Shown: piece by piece, positions 40,158 through 50,530 of the stretch
Position numbering within the stretch: the stretch's first letter is position 1
Layout of the letters: every line of letters begins with the position of its first letter
Source: Armatimonadota bacterium
Lineage (GTDB): Bacteria > Armatimonadota > UBA5829 > DTLH01
DNA length: 64,000 nt
Assembly (NCBI GenBank): GCA_039679675.1
Contig: JBDKUN010000003.1
Span: forward strand, 28,089 to 92,088
Direction: 5' to 3'
Program-made: the position numbers and the translations under genes
The notes under the pieces: model-generated
Told to the model about the DNA's origin: nothing
Seen by the model: only the letters and a program-made list of their open reading frames with translations
The model's database searches: none

Positions 40158-41006
40158 GTGGAAAAAATAGGCAGTTTGTATATAGTCGCTACGCCGATAG
40201 GGAATCTTGAGGATATTTCTCTTCGGGCACTTAGGGTGCTGAAAGAAGCCGCGCTCATTGCGGCGGAGGATACCCGCGTCACACGAAAACTGCTGTCGCA
40301 TTACGACATCCATACCCCCATGACCGCGTATCACCAGCACAGCAAGGGAAAACGCTCCGAAGAGATAATCGAAAGGCTTAAATCAGGCGAAGATGTGGCG
40401 CTCGTCTCGGATGCAGGGACCCCCGGAGTGTCCGACCCAGGGCATGAACTGATCGCCCTTGCCATAGAAGAAGGGATAGCCATAACATCTGTCCCAGGCC
40501 CGACAGCCATGGTTACTGCACTGGTCATCTCAGGGCTTCCGACAGCGCATTTTGCCTTCGACGGCTTTCCTCCGAGGAAAGAAAGCGAGAGAAAGGCCTT
40601 TTTCCGTGGGATCAAGCCCGACCCCAGGACTATTATCCTATATGAATCCCCGCTGAGGCTGCTTTCTACACTGAAATCCGCGCTTGCCGAACTCGGAGAC
40701 CGCCGCGCTGCTGTGGTGCGTGAGGCCACCAAGATGTTTGAGGAAGTTTTTCGCGGGACGCTCTCGGAAACTATAGCCAGGTTCACAGAGCGGAAGGCCA
40801 AAGGCGAAATAGTCATCGTAATAGAAGGAGCCGGGACAGAGGAGGCTGCTACTGCGCCCGAAGCAGGCGCGGAGACAGTCGAGGAACGCCTGAAAACGCT
40901 TATGGACCAGGGGATGAGCGAGCGCGACGCCGTCCGGCAGGTTGCGGCAGAGATGAAACTTCCCCGCCGCGAGGTCTATGCCGCCGCCATCGGGATGAAA
41001 GAGTAG
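40158..41006 (+). CDS. rsmI: 16S rRNA (cytidine1402-2'-O)-methyltransferase
   Basis: LYIVATPIGNLEDI, AAEDTR, VSDAGTPGVSDPG, YESP. Confidence 0.96.
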   Translation: MEKIGSLYIVATPIGNLEDISLRALRVLKEAALIAAEDTRVTRKLLSHYDIHTPMTAYHQHSKGKRSEEIIERLKSGEDVALVSDAGTPGVSDPGHELIALAIEEGIAITSVPGPTAMVTALVISGLPTAHFAFDGFPPRKESERKAFFRGIKPDPRTIILYESPLRLLSTLKSALAELGDRRAAVVREATKMFEEVFRGTLSETIARFTERKAKGEIVIVIEGAGTEEAATAPEAGAETVEERLKTLMDQGMSERDAVRQVAAEMKLPRREVYAAAIGMKE

Positions 41007-41226
41007 GGGAACGGCTGTTTTCCATGAAGCCGACAACTTTGTATGACCAAGAGTTTCCGCAGCACACATCACATTTGCCATAGATTTGGGATGCACCCGC
41101 CTGAAAACGCGATCTTGACGCCGGTGCATAAATGTGACATACTATGCCGGCCCGTGGGGGTATAGTACACTCTGCCGGCAGGCGGGTACCGGTATTTTGC
41201 GACCTGCCGTATTGTAGGAGACTGCT

Positions 41227-41550
41227 TTGGATAATAAATTCAGGCTTTCGAGGCTTGTCAGGACTGTTGCCTCGGAAATATACATTATATGGGAAGACGA
41301 CCGGCGGCTGGGACAGGTTCATCTGCATTACGCTCACGATACGATCCATGCGACGATTATACTTGAGATCGATCTTCCGATAGCGGATGAAGAGGCATTG
41401 CTGCAACAGATCGATGAAGATATAGTCTCTTCCTACCTTCCGAGCTTCGAGCGTGAAGACCTGCTGGTGACGATCTTCCGGGGCGAGGAGATCAACTCCT
41501 TCAGCTTCGCTCCCGACGACATAGATGGCCTCGGCCCCGACATAGAATAG
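41227..41550 (+). CDS. Small acidic hypothetical protein
   Basis: AGGAG SD with TTG start; 10 nt upstream of nfo. Confidence 0.7.
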   Translation: MDNKFRLSRLVRTVASEIYIIWEDDRRLGQVHLHYAHDTIHATIILEIDLPIADEEALLQQIDEDIVSSYLPSFEREDLLVTIFRGEEINSFSFAPDDIDGLGPDIE

Positions 41551-41560
41551 CGCCAGCGAT

Positions 41561-42403
41561 ATGCGACTGGGAGTCCACGTAAGCATCGGCAAAGGGCTGC
41601 CGGCAGCTGCCGAACATGCGGGTGAGCTCGGCTGCGAGTGCATCCAGATGTTCTCCAGCAATCCGAACTCCTGGAAGGTGAAAGAGCTGGATGAAGGTGC
41701 AGCCGCAGCATTCCGCGAAGGGATCGAAAGACTTGGCATCCGGCCTGTGGCGCTTCACACTCCATATCTGCTCAATCTGGCTTCATCCAAGAACGATACC
41801 TGGACGAACAGCTGGGAAAACCTTGCCTGGGCGCTCGAAAAAGCTGCAGTGATCGGCGCGGATTATACCGTTACCCACATCGGAAGCCACGGCGGCGATG
41901 GGTTCGAGACCGGCGCGGACAGGGTGAAAGACGGTGTCGCCCGTGCGCTAGACATGGCTTCCGGTAGTGCGATGGCGCTCCTTGAAGCCGGTTCCGGCGG
42001 GGGCAATACCATCGGCTGGAAATTCGAAGAACTGGCTTCTATTCTCGACCGGCTGGGTGATTACCACGAGAGGGTAGGCGTGTGCCTTGACACGGCGCAC
42101 CTGTGGGGCGCAGGTTATGACATCTCCACTGCCGCCGAGGTGGAAAAGACCTTCAAAGACTTCGACAGGCTGATCGGGCTTTCACGGCTCAAAGTCATCC
42201 ACATGAACGACACTCAAAAACTGCTTGGTTCCCGTGCCGACAGGCACTGGCATATCGGCCAGGGTAACATAGGAACGGAAGGGTTCAAGGCGATAGTAAA
42301 CCACCCCGCGTTTTCCGATATCGCAGGGATACTTGAAACCCCGGATATGGAGTCCGGCAAGGATATCGAGAACCTGAACGAGCTCAAAATGCTGCGTTTG
42401 TAG
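41561..42403 (+). CDS. nfo: Endonuclease IV
   Basis: GVHVSI, HTPYLLNLAS, CLDTAH, HMND, DRH, ILETP. Confidence 0.94.
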   Translation: MRLGVHVSIGKGLPAAAEHAGELGCECIQMFSSNPNSWKVKELDEGAAAAFREGIERLGIRPVALHTPYLLNLASSKNDTWTNSWENLAWALEKAAVIGADYTVTHIGSHGGDGFETGADRVKDGVARALDMASGSAMALLEAGSGGGNTIGWKFEELASILDRLGDYHERVGVCLDTAHLWGAGYDISTAAEVEKTFKDFDRLIGLSRLKVIHMNDTQKLLGSRADRHWHIGQGNIGTEGFKAIVNHPAFSDIAGILETPDMESGKDIENLNELKMLRL

Positions 42404-42533
42404 CTGTTTTTCATTTCGTTTGACACAGTCATGGGCGCAAGAGTATACTCTGGAGTTGTACATTCGATGAGTCCCGCAGGCGCAAGAGTACAGACCAGCA
42501 TGCGGATTATTTCAAGCAAAGGAGCTTTTTGCG

Positions 42534-42974
42534 ATGAAAATAGTAATTCTAGGATGCGGACGCATGGGTTCGATCATGGCGAGAAGATTGTCCGCAGAAG
42601 GACATTCTATCAGCGTTATCGATCAGGATGCTGATGCGTTCAGAAGACTTGAAAATTTCAACGGAAAGATGGTGCTCGGCAACGGACTCGACCCGGATGT
42701 CCTGATAAGGGCCGGTATAGAAGATGCCGATGCGTTCGTTGCGGTCACGAACGGAGATAACAGGAATATAACGTCTGTGCAGATCGCGAAGGAGATATTC
42801 AGTGTCCCTAAAGTGCTGGCCCGGATCTACGATCCGATGCGCGCCGCGGCTTATGATGAGCTTGGTATCCCAACCATGTGCACTACGGTTATCGGTGCCG
42901 GTCTGATGGCTGATTATCTTCTCGATAAACAGTGGGGAGATATCTCGAATTATTGCGATATGCCGGTGGATTAG
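42534..42974 (+). CDS. TrkA-N (RCK) domain protein
   Basis: ILGCGRMG Rossmann motif; VTNGDNRN. Confidence 0.88.
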   Translation: MKIVILGCGRMGSIMARRLSAEGHSISVIDQDADAFRRLENFNGKMVLGNGLDPDVLIRAGIEDADAFVAVTNGDNRNITSVQIAKEIFSVPKVLARIYDPMRAAAYDELGIPTMCTTVIGAGLMADYLLDKQWGDISNYCDMPVD

Positions 42975-42976
42975 TT

Positions 42977-43008
42977 AGCTTTATTTGCTTCGCGAAGCAA
43001 ATAAAGCT
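42977..43008. repeat. 32-bp perfect palindrome
   Basis: AGCTTTATTTGCTTCG|CGAAGCAAATAAAGCT. Confidence 0.7.
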
Positions 43009-43068
43009 CTCGCTAAAAGCGCATCATTCACACTTGTTGTGAGTAATGCAGGTTAGTCGGAGGTTAAT

Positions 43069-43737
43069 ATGTATGTGATAATTGCCGGCGGCGGCAAAGT
43101 AGGACAATATCTGACAAAAGCGCTTATGGCCGAAGGCCATGAAGTGTTGCTTATCGAACAGGACAGGCGCGAGATCGACAGGTTGACCGAGGACCTCGGT
43201 GAGGTAGTCATGCGCGGCGACGGGTCCGAGATGCGGACTATGAGAGAAGCCGGGATGGAACGCGCCGATGTAGTAGTAGCCGTAACGGGTGACGACGGAG
43301 ACAATTTGGTCATATCGCAGCTTGCCAAACAGAAGTTTGATGTGCCGCGAGTGATAGCCCGCGTTAATAACCCGAAGAATGAGGAACTTTTCCACCGTCT
43401 TGGGGTAGACCAGACGGTAGTCAGCACGAAAATCATATTCAACCTGATAGAGCAGCAGATAGAGACGGACCAAGTAATTCCGCTCGCGGCGCTCAAACGC
43501 GGTAACGTGGAGATCGTAGAGGTCGATCTATCCGGCGATTCCAAAGTAAAGGGTATGACAGTCGGGATGCTGGAACTCCCGGAGGATACGTTGATCATTT
43601 CGGTCATTCGCGGCGATCATGCGATCATTCCGCACGCCGATACTATGTTAGAATCAGGCGACAGCGTAATCGCGATGGTAGAAGCGAACCAGGAAATGCA
43701 GCTTCGCCAGATCTTTTCAGGCACTAGCCAAAAATAG
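43069..43737 (+). CDS. trkA: TrkA-family K+ uptake regulatory subunit (RCK-N + RCK-C)
   Basis: IAGGGKVG, VTGDD..N, IARVNNP, and a C-terminal TrkA-C domain. Confidence 0.88.
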   Translation: MYVIIAGGGKVGQYLTKALMAEGHEVLLIEQDRREIDRLTEDLGEVVMRGDGSEMRTMREAGMERADVVVAVTGDDGDNLVISQLAKQKFDVPRVIARVNNPKNEELFHRLGVDQTVVSTKIIFNLIEQQIETDQVIPLAALKRGNVEIVEVDLSGDSKVKGMTVGMLELPEDTLIISVIRGDHAIIPHADTMLESGDSVIAMVEANQEMQLRQIFSGTSQK

Positions 43738-43809
43738 GGAACTTTCACTTGTGGAAAACGTGTCCTATAATTGTAGAGTCAATATTAGTTTTTCCGAGAG
43801 AAAGATGAA

Positions 43810-45042
43810 ATGGAGCGTGGCTTGAAGTATCGAATATTACTCCTGATACTCGTTCTGATAGTTCCCTTGGTTGTCGTGGGCTGCGGCGGGTCTTCCGGGT
43901 CGGCTACGGAAAAGTTCAAAGGCGGGACCGGAGACAGCGGCACCTGGACGGTGCTCGTATTTTTGAATGCGGACAACGACCTTGAGCCCTACGGCATCCT
44001 GAACTTCAACCAGATGGAGAAAGTCGGTTCGACGGACAAAGTAAAGATAGTTGTCCAGATGGACCGTTCGCCTGGTTATGATTCGTCAAACGGCAACTGG
44101 ACCGGCACAAGGCGTTACCTGGTGACCAAGGACAGCGATACCGAGAAAATAAACTCCCAGATGATCCAGGACATGGGAGAGATAGATATGGGTAATCCTG
44201 ATACGCTGAAGGAGTTCATCACCTGGGGAGAAGAGAACTACCCGGCGGATCACTATTGTCTCGTTATCTGGAACCATGGCTCCGGCTGGCGCAGCATGGC
44301 CTACAGTCCGCAGCTTACGAAGAACGTCTCCTATGACGACACCAGTAACACCAGCATAAAGACAACCGACTTGCCGAATGCCCTGTCCGGCATACCTCAG
44401 CAGATAGATGTCATCGCGTTCGACGCATCGCTTATGCAGATGCTCGAAGTGGCCTACGAGCTCAGAGACAGCGGGCGCATACTTGTGGGCTCCGAGGAAA
44501 GTCCTCCGGGAGACGGCTATGTCTATGACACATGGCTCAAAAAGCTCGCTGCATCGCCTGGTATGGGTTCGACAGAGCTGGGAACAGTGATAGCTCAGGA
44601 ATATGTCAATGCCTATGTCAACAAGTATTCCGTAACGCAGTCGGTTATAGAGCTTTCCAAACTTCATGATGTGGCCCAGGCGGCGGATGATTTCGCTACA
44701 GCAGTTATCCCTCATATGACAGAGGATGCTGCGGCGTTGAGGACCGCGCGCACAAATGCCCAGTCCTATGCTTTCGATTATTACAAAGATATCATTGACT
44801 ATGCGGCGCTAATCAACCAGCTTATTCCTGATTCCGCTGTGTCAGCGGCCTACAGTAAGCTGCAGACGGCTTTGGGATCGGCTGTCGTCTATGAGAACCA
44901 CACTGGTGACAGTGTTGACAGAAGCCACGGCCTCTCTATCTATGTGCCCGAACCGGGAGACTACATAGAGCGATACGGGACACTTTCGTTCTCTAAAGAC
45001 TTTCCTAATTGGGCAAGTATGATCCAGGCTCAAAAGGAGTAG
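43810..45042 (+). CDS. Clostripain (C11)-family lipoprotein; catalytic Cys position is Ser
   Basis: VVGC lipobox, WTVLVFLNADNDLE, WNHGSGW, FDASLMQMLEVAYEL, GSEE, GLSIY. Confidence 0.85.
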   Translation: MERGLKYRILLLILVLIVPLVVVGCGGSSGSATEKFKGGTGDSGTWTVLVFLNADNDLEPYGILNFNQMEKVGSTDKVKIVVQMDRSPGYDSSNGNWTGTRRYLVTKDSDTEKINSQMIQDMGEIDMGNPDTLKEFITWGEENYPADHYCLVIWNHGSGWRSMAYSPQLTKNVSYDDTSNTSIKTTDLPNALSGIPQQIDVIAFDASLMQMLEVAYELRDSGRILVGSEESPPGDGYVYDTWLKKLAASPGMGSTELGTVIAQEYVNAYVNKYSVTQSVIELSKLHDVAQAADDFATAVIPHMTEDAAALRTARTNAQSYAFDYYKDIIDYAALINQLIPDSAVSAAYSKLQTALGSAVVYENHTGDSVDRSHGLSIYVPEPGDYIERYGTLSFSKDFPNWASMIQAQKE

Positions 45043-45120
45043 CTTTCTACCATTAACAGGCAGGGACCCCATGTTCCTGCCTGTATCCCACCATAAACAT
45101 CTCCGACCTTTCTCCAAACC

Positions 45121-45148
45121 TGAATTTTGAGATCCATAATGCCGATAA
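45121..45148 (+). promoter_or_regulatory. Possible sigma28 (FliA) promoter
   Basis: TGAA-16-GCCGATAA (perfect -10) upstream of the STAS-like gene. Confidence 0.4.
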
Positions 45149-45186
45149 TTCCATGAAGACTCACTAAGAGAAGGATGATGGCATAG

Positions 45187-45603
45187 ATGATCGATACTGA
45201 ACCGACGATAGGTATAAGCACACTAAACAGCTATCCGCTCATAACACTGAATGGAACGGTAACAGCCTGGCATGAACGGGCTCTGGAAGATGTAATCGAT
45301 AACTGTATTGCAGAAGGCGCTGGCTCGGTAACGTTGGACATATCGCGGGCATCATTTCCAGAGGCGGAGAGCCTTTCGATGCTGATCCGCACGCTTCGCA
45401 TAAGCTGCAGGTATGCTCATATAGCTGTTGTAGCAGGCGACAGGACATCTGCTATACTCGCTTCGGCGAAATTGGGGTCCAATGTGGACATTCTCGCAAC
45501 TCTGGATGAGGCTTTCGATGTGCCGCGCCCGATGCCGGAATATCTGACATCCCGCAGGATCACCCAAACAGAAGAAAAGCTGGAACTGCCGGTGGCTGCC
45601 TGA
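45187..45603 (+). CDS. Atypical STAS-like protein
   Basis: LITLNGTV...VTLDISRASF fold pattern; lacks the DSxG motif. Confidence 0.55.
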   Translation: MIDTEPTIGISTLNSYPLITLNGTVTAWHERALEDVIDNCIAEGAGSVTLDISRASFPEAESLSMLIRTLRISCRYAHIAVVAGDRTSAILASAKLGSNVDILATLDEAFDVPRPMPEYLTSRRITQTEEKLELPVAA

Positions 45604-45609
45604 CTTTTG

Positions 45610-46299
45610 CTACAGATGCGGGAAGATAGCTTCTACTACCAGTGCAACCGGTATATGTTTCCAGACCTGAAGCGCAGGGTCTTTAGCGACATCATGGTCG
45701 TCGGCGGACGGCTCCATCACCCTGCGCACAGTAAATCCCCTGGCTGCGACTGAATTGATGTATGTGGAAATCGTCCGGTGCCAGATCTCGCCGCTTAAGC
45801 CGTTTCCCGGTCCTTCCATGGTATAGCTGTTGCCAGAATCCCCGGCTTCGAGAAGCCTCCACTGAAAACACGGGTGGCCGACAGAGAAGATAAACCTGCC
45901 TCCCAGTTTGATAACCCTCGATACTTCTGCCACAATCGGGCCTATGTTTTCAAACTGGTCGAGCGCAAGATGGCAGATGACATCGTCGAACGTACTGTCA
46001 TCGATCATGTACAGGTCGCCGGCATCGCCTGTTATATAATCGATCCTGCGTGGTTCAGCAGCTTCGTGCAGTTTCGCAGCTTCAGTGGACTCTGCAGAAT
46101 TATCGATACTTGTGACATGAGCGCCATAGGTAGAGAGCCATCTGGAAAGGTTGCCGTCACCGCAAGCCAGGTCCAGAATATTTCGTCCGCTGGGAGAGCC
46201 GACCAGATGTTCCAGCGCGCGCATTGCCACATTTCGTGCCAGATTGATGGCTGTATCCTGCCCAACGGTTTGTGTTAGCTGTTTTCCCTGATCCGACAA
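45610..46299 (-). CDS. Class I SAM-dependent methyltransferase
   Basis: ILDLACGDG, FDDVIC, RVIKLGGRFIFSVGHP; probable TTG start after GGAGGG. Confidence 0.88.
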   Translation of the reverse strand: MSDQGKQLTQTVGQDTAINLARNVAMRALEHLVGSPSGRNILDLACGDGNLSRWLSTYGAHVTSIDNSAESTEAAKLHEAAEPRRIDYITGDAGDLYMIDDSTFDDVICHLALDQFENIGPIVAEVSRVIKLGGRFIFSVGHPCFQWRLLEAGDSGNSYTMEGPGNGLSGEIWHRTISTYINSVAARGFTVRRVMEPSADDHDVAKDPALQVWKHIPVALVVEAIFPHL

Positions 46300-46440
46300 T
46301 TTACCCTCCGTTATACTAGACGTTGATATGCGAATTGTACCCTGCGCATGGTATAATATCGGGCCAGCACATTGCCTGCCGGACATTATAAATAAGAATT
46401 CAGTGACCGATAATCTCTATATTCAAAAAGGATAATACAG

Positions 46441-47967
46441 ATGTCATTTCAGGATACAAACGCAACCCCTCTAACTGTAATTCCCAAACCTTTACGAATC
46501 GAGACATGCGAGGGCACATTTGTCATTAGTCCCGGCACTTCAATCGCAGTTGACAGCAGCTTTGAAGAAGCCGGGTGGGTGGGAAAATACCTGGCAGAAG
46601 TGCTTTCAGCTCCTACAGGATTCAACATTGGGACTATCGAAGCTGCCGAGACGGATTATATTATTTTGACTACTTCGGATGCTGACGCAGCACTTGGGGC
46701 CGAAGGATATGAGCTTACAGTTAACCGGAACTCGGTCACTGTCCGCGCTTATGGGCCCGCAGGGCTCTTCTACGGCGTCCAGACTATCAGACAGCTCCTT
46801 CCTGCTGCTGTGGAAAATCGGAAACTAACGGAAAATATACAATGGACGATCCCATGCCTCAGGATTGTGGATAAACCCCGGTACTCTTGGCGCGGGCTGA
46901 TGCTGGACGTCTGCAGGCACTTCATGCCGGTTGAAAGCGTCAAGCGGTTTATTGACCTGATGGCGATGTTCAAACTCAACACCTTCCACTGGCACCTGAC
47001 AGAGGACCAGGGCTGGAGGATAGAGATAAAGAAATATCCCAGGCTGACTGAGACAGGTGCGTGGCGCATTGAAGACGGCAATCGTTACGGCGGGTTTTAT
47101 ACTCAGGACGAAGTCCGTGAGGTCGTACAGTATGCAGCGGAAAGGTTCATCACTGTAGTCCCGGAAATCGAGCTTCCAGGCCACGCAATGGCTGCCTTAA
47201 CGGCATATCCTGAGTATTCCTGCACAGGCGGCCCGTTTTCTGTGCCGGCAACCTGGGGCGTATTCCAGGATGTGTACTGCGCAGGCAATGACGCGACATT
47301 CAGCTTTCTTGAAGATATTCTGGGCGAGGTGCTGGAGCTTTTCCCTAGTAAATTCTTCCATATCGGCGGCGACGAGTGCCCGAAGGACAGGTGGAAAGTC
47401 TGCCCGAAATGCCAGGAGCGCATAAAAGCGGAAGGACTCGCTGACGAGCATGAGCTCCAGAGTTACTTCATCCGAAGGATAGAGAAGTTCCTCAATTCCC
47501 GCGGTAAAAGATTGATCGGCTGGGATGAAATACTCGAAGGCGGACTGGCTCCAAACGCTACCGTTATGTCATGGAGGGGTGTAGACGGTGGTATTGCCGC
47601 TGCAAAGCAGGGCCACGATGTCGTCATGAGTCCGACCAGCCACTGTTATTTCGACTATCCTTACGACAGTACACCTACAGGGAAAGTCTACTCCTATGAG
47701 CCTGTCCCCGAAGGTCTTACAGAAGATGAGGCTGCCCACATCCTCGGCGCGCAGGCGAATATCTGGACGGAGTATATACCGGACGAAAGCCGGGTGGACT
47801 ACATGACATTTCCCAGGGCTTTGGCGCTCTCTGAGGTTGTCTGGACTCCAGCGGAACTCCGCGACTGGAACAGCTTTGAACAGAGACTTTCGGAGCATCT
47901 GAAACGGCTGGATATCCTCGGCGTTAATTATCAGATCCCGCCCATGACAGGTCCCAAAGAGGACTGA
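46441..47967 (+). CDS. Beta-N-acetylhexosaminidase (GH20), no obvious signal peptide
   Basis: RGLMLDVCRHF, HWHLTEDQGWR, PEIELPGH, HIGGDE, WTEY. Confidence 0.95.
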   Translation: MSFQDTNATPLTVIPKPLRIETCEGTFVISPGTSIAVDSSFEEAGWVGKYLAEVLSAPTGFNIGTIEAAETDYIILTTSDADAALGAEGYELTVNRNSVTVRAYGPAGLFYGVQTIRQLLPAAVENRKLTENIQWTIPCLRIVDKPRYSWRGLMLDVCRHFMPVESVKRFIDLMAMFKLNTFHWHLTEDQGWRIEIKKYPRLTETGAWRIEDGNRYGGFYTQDEVREVVQYAAERFITVVPEIELPGHAMAALTAYPEYSCTGGPFSVPATWGVFQDVYCAGNDATFSFLEDILGEVLELFPSKFFHIGGDECPKDRWKVCPKCQERIKAEGLADEHELQSYFIRRIEKFLNSRGKRLIGWDEILEGGLAPNATVMSWRGVDGGIAAAKQGHDVVMSPTSHCYFDYPYDSTPTGKVYSYEPVPEGLTEDEAAHILGAQANIWTEYIPDESRVDYMTFPRALALSEVVWTPAELRDWNSFEQRLSEHLKRLDILGVNYQIPPMTGPKED

Positions 47968-48151
47968 TTCGGCTGTAATAGCACTCATTTGTTTGATATA
48001 TTCCAAACATGTGTCTAATATATTGCCATTAACGTGGAATTACCTTATAGAAATAGTCCTTTGGGGAGGTCTATTTGTTGATTTACAGAGGGTTTCAGGT
48101 GTGACTCGCACCTGAAACTCTTAAATTAACTGGTCTATGGGGTGATTTCAT

Positions 48152-50107
48152 TTGAGAAAATTTCTGCCGCATTTTTCGCTCACTACTAAAGTATTTCTAA
48201 TATGTTCCTCTCTTGCGCTTATTGTAACGATTGGCGGAAGTGCTGTTCTGTATCGTGAGGCGTGTTATTCGCTTCGCCAGGAAGTACGTGCCAAGCTGAT
48301 GGGCATAGCTGCCACTGCCGCGCTGCAAGTCGATCCCGAACTCCACAAAAAGATAAAAACGAACAAAGATGCCCGTACACCTGGCTACAGGAAGGTGCTA
48401 GGCACTTTGATCGCAATTCAGAATTCCAATCCAGACATTATTTACGTTTACACCATGCGCAAAAGCAATGATAAAAATGCGCTTCAATTCATAGTCGATG
48501 TCCCAGACCCGGATGAGCCGAAGTACAATACTCATGTGGGAGAAAAGTATGATATAACCGGCTGCAGCGAGATTCTGAAGGGGTTCAATGGGCCTGCTGC
48601 GGATAAAGAACCGGTCAGCGACAAATGGGGCAGGTTGATCTCCGGTTATGCGCCTATAAGAGATAGAAACGGCAAAGTGGACGGAATTCTTGCAATAGAT
48701 ATGGCGCTGCCGCAGCTAAAAATCGAAGAAAGAGCTCTGCGGATTGCGGCTGTCAAAACGATACTGGTAGCGCTGCTCTTGTCCATTGCGCTTAGCTGGA
48801 TCATAACCAGAGGAACATTAAAGAAAGTTCGGATATTTACCAAAGCAGCTCAAAGAGTCAAAAATGGCGACCTGGACTTCCGATTGCCGGTCAAATCCCA
48901 TGATGAGATAGGCCAGTTCACGGAAGCTTTCAATCATATGATGACCGGCTTGCAGCAGACCGTAAAGGACTTTCTCACGGGGTTGTTCAACCACAGATAC
49001 TTCCAGGAGCGGCTTACCACTGAGCTGGTGCGCGCAGAGCGCTATAACCATAACCTCTGCCTGCTGATTTTTGACCTGGACAGGTTCAAATCGATAAACG
49101 ATACTCTGGGACATCCTGCCGGGGACAGTGTCCTCAAGCAGTTGGCTGAGGTTGTTAAAGACAGTATAAGAAGCATCGATGTAGCGGCAAGATACGGCGG
49201 GGATGAGTTTGCGATTATTCTTCCCGAAACCGACCTGGAAAGCGGTATGGAAGTAGCTGAACGACTTCGCCGGGCGGTCGAAGAGAAAGAATTCTGCATA
49301 CCTGCGGGAGAATCTGCTTCCGATTCCAGTCAGAAAACAATAAATGCAACAATCACAATAGGGCTTGCGGTGTTTCCGGACCACCATCGCACGCGCGAGG
49401 GGCTGATAATGGCAGCGGACATCGCTTTATGCCGTGCCAAACACGTTTCCCGCAACAGCACTTGCGCTTACGACCCCGTAGTCTGTGGAAATGACCAGGT
49501 AGACCCGCATGATCTCTACCAGATGCTCAGCGACCCTGACAGTTCCATGATACGGTCGCTTTCAGCTGCTGTAGATGCACGGGACAGGTATACCTGCGGA
49601 CATTCAGAACGGGTTACGAACTATGCCGTAAGGATCGGTGAGGCTATTGGTGTAGCAGCGGATGTGATTGCCGGACTAAGGGTGGCCGGGCAACTGCACG
49701 ACATAGGAAAAGTCGGCGTGCCGGACTCTGTATTGAGCAAACCCGGCAGTCTGACAAATGAAGAACGCCAGGCTGTACAGTCGCATCCTTCAATAGGGGA
49801 GAAAATCCTGCGGCGAGCGCCGCATATCGATTTGATCATTCCTGCTGTGCTCTTCCATCACGAACGGTGGGATGGCGCCGGTTATCCTGACGGCCTGTCC
49901 GGTGAATCGATACCGCTTATGGCGCGTATAATCTCGATTGCTGATGCTTTCGATGCCATGACGACCGACCGCCCATACCGAAAAGCGCTGTCGGTCCAAC
50001 ATGCATTGCTCGAACTCAGGGCTAACGCAGGCAAGCAGTTCGACCCGGCTTTGGTCGAGCTTTTCATAAGCGCAATATCCTCTGATGCACAGATCGGTGC
50101 AGCATAG
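48152..50107 (+). CDS. Membrane sensor with HAMP, GGDEF and HD-GYP domains
   Basis: Two TM segments flanking a Cache-like region; RSID I-site with GGDEF; LHDIGK; HHERWDGAGYP. Confidence 0.94.
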   Translation: MRKFLPHFSLTTKVFLICSSLALIVTIGGSAVLYREACYSLRQEVRAKLMGIAATAALQVDPELHKKIKTNKDARTPGYRKVLGTLIAIQNSNPDIIYVYTMRKSNDKNALQFIVDVPDPDEPKYNTHVGEKYDITGCSEILKGFNGPAADKEPVSDKWGRLISGYAPIRDRNGKVDGILAIDMALPQLKIEERALRIAAVKTILVALLLSIALSWIITRGTLKKVRIFTKAAQRVKNGDLDFRLPVKSHDEIGQFTEAFNHMMTGLQQTVKDFLTGLFNHRYFQERLTTELVRAERYNHNLCLLIFDLDRFKSINDTLGHPAGDSVLKQLAEVVKDSIRSIDVAARYGGDEFAIILPETDLESGMEVAERLRRAVEEKEFCIPAGESASDSSQKTINATITIGLAVFPDHHRTREGLIMAADIALCRAKHVSRNSTCAYDPVVCGNDQVDPHDLYQMLSDPDSSMIRSLSAAVDARDRYTCGHSERVTNYAVRIGEAIGVAADVIAGLRVAGQLHDIGKVGVPDSVLSKPGSLTNEERQAVQSHPSIGEKILRRAPHIDLIIPAVLFHHERWDGAGYPDGLSGESIPLMARIISIADAFDAMTTDRPYRKALSVQHALLELRANAGKQFDPALVELFISAISSDAQIGAA

Positions 50108-50121
50108 CCAAGAAAGAGCTG

Positions 50122-50154
50122 AAAAATGGGCGGGAGAACGAACCTCCTGCCCAT
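50122..50154 (-). terminator. Intrinsic terminator
   Basis: ATGGGCGGGAG-N7-CTCCTGCCCAT, with a T-tract on the minus strand. Confidence 0.65.
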
Positions 50155-50165
50155 CGTTTATTCAG

Positions 50166-50504
50166 CTATTTGTGAGAGCTTTCCAGCACATTCAAAGCTC
50201 GTTTTGCGTCTTCCTCCCGCACCTGCAGCTTGATCAGGTAATCCTGAAGAATCGGACCGTAAGTGCGCATTAGGACTTCGTTAGACAGAACCGATTGAAT
50301 CCCTTCGTTCTCCAGCTTCAGCTTTGCCATTTCTGCTTCTACTGGATACACAAAACTCGCTACAGTGACCAACTCTGCAGGTTTTTCTGATTCTTTGGGC
50401 TTTTGTGGTTCTTCCAGTAGTGCGTCCACAAGGGCCACATCACAGTCAGGGCACTTTCTTATCCCTTCAACATACTCATAACGGCACTTCGGGCAAAACG
50501 GCAT
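50166..50504 (-). CDS. Zinc-ribbon + DUF2007-like protein
   Basis: CPKC...CPDC; EAEMAKLKLENEGI...LQVREEDAKRA. Confidence 0.8.
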   Translation of the reverse strand: MPFCPKCRYEYVEGIRKCPDCDVALVDALLEEPQKPKESEKPAELVTVASFVYPVEAEMAKLKLENEGIQSVLSNEVLMRTYGPILQDYLIKLQVREEDAKRALNVLESSHK

Positions 50505-50530
50505 CTGTAAACCCTCCTTAAGCCAATTAG

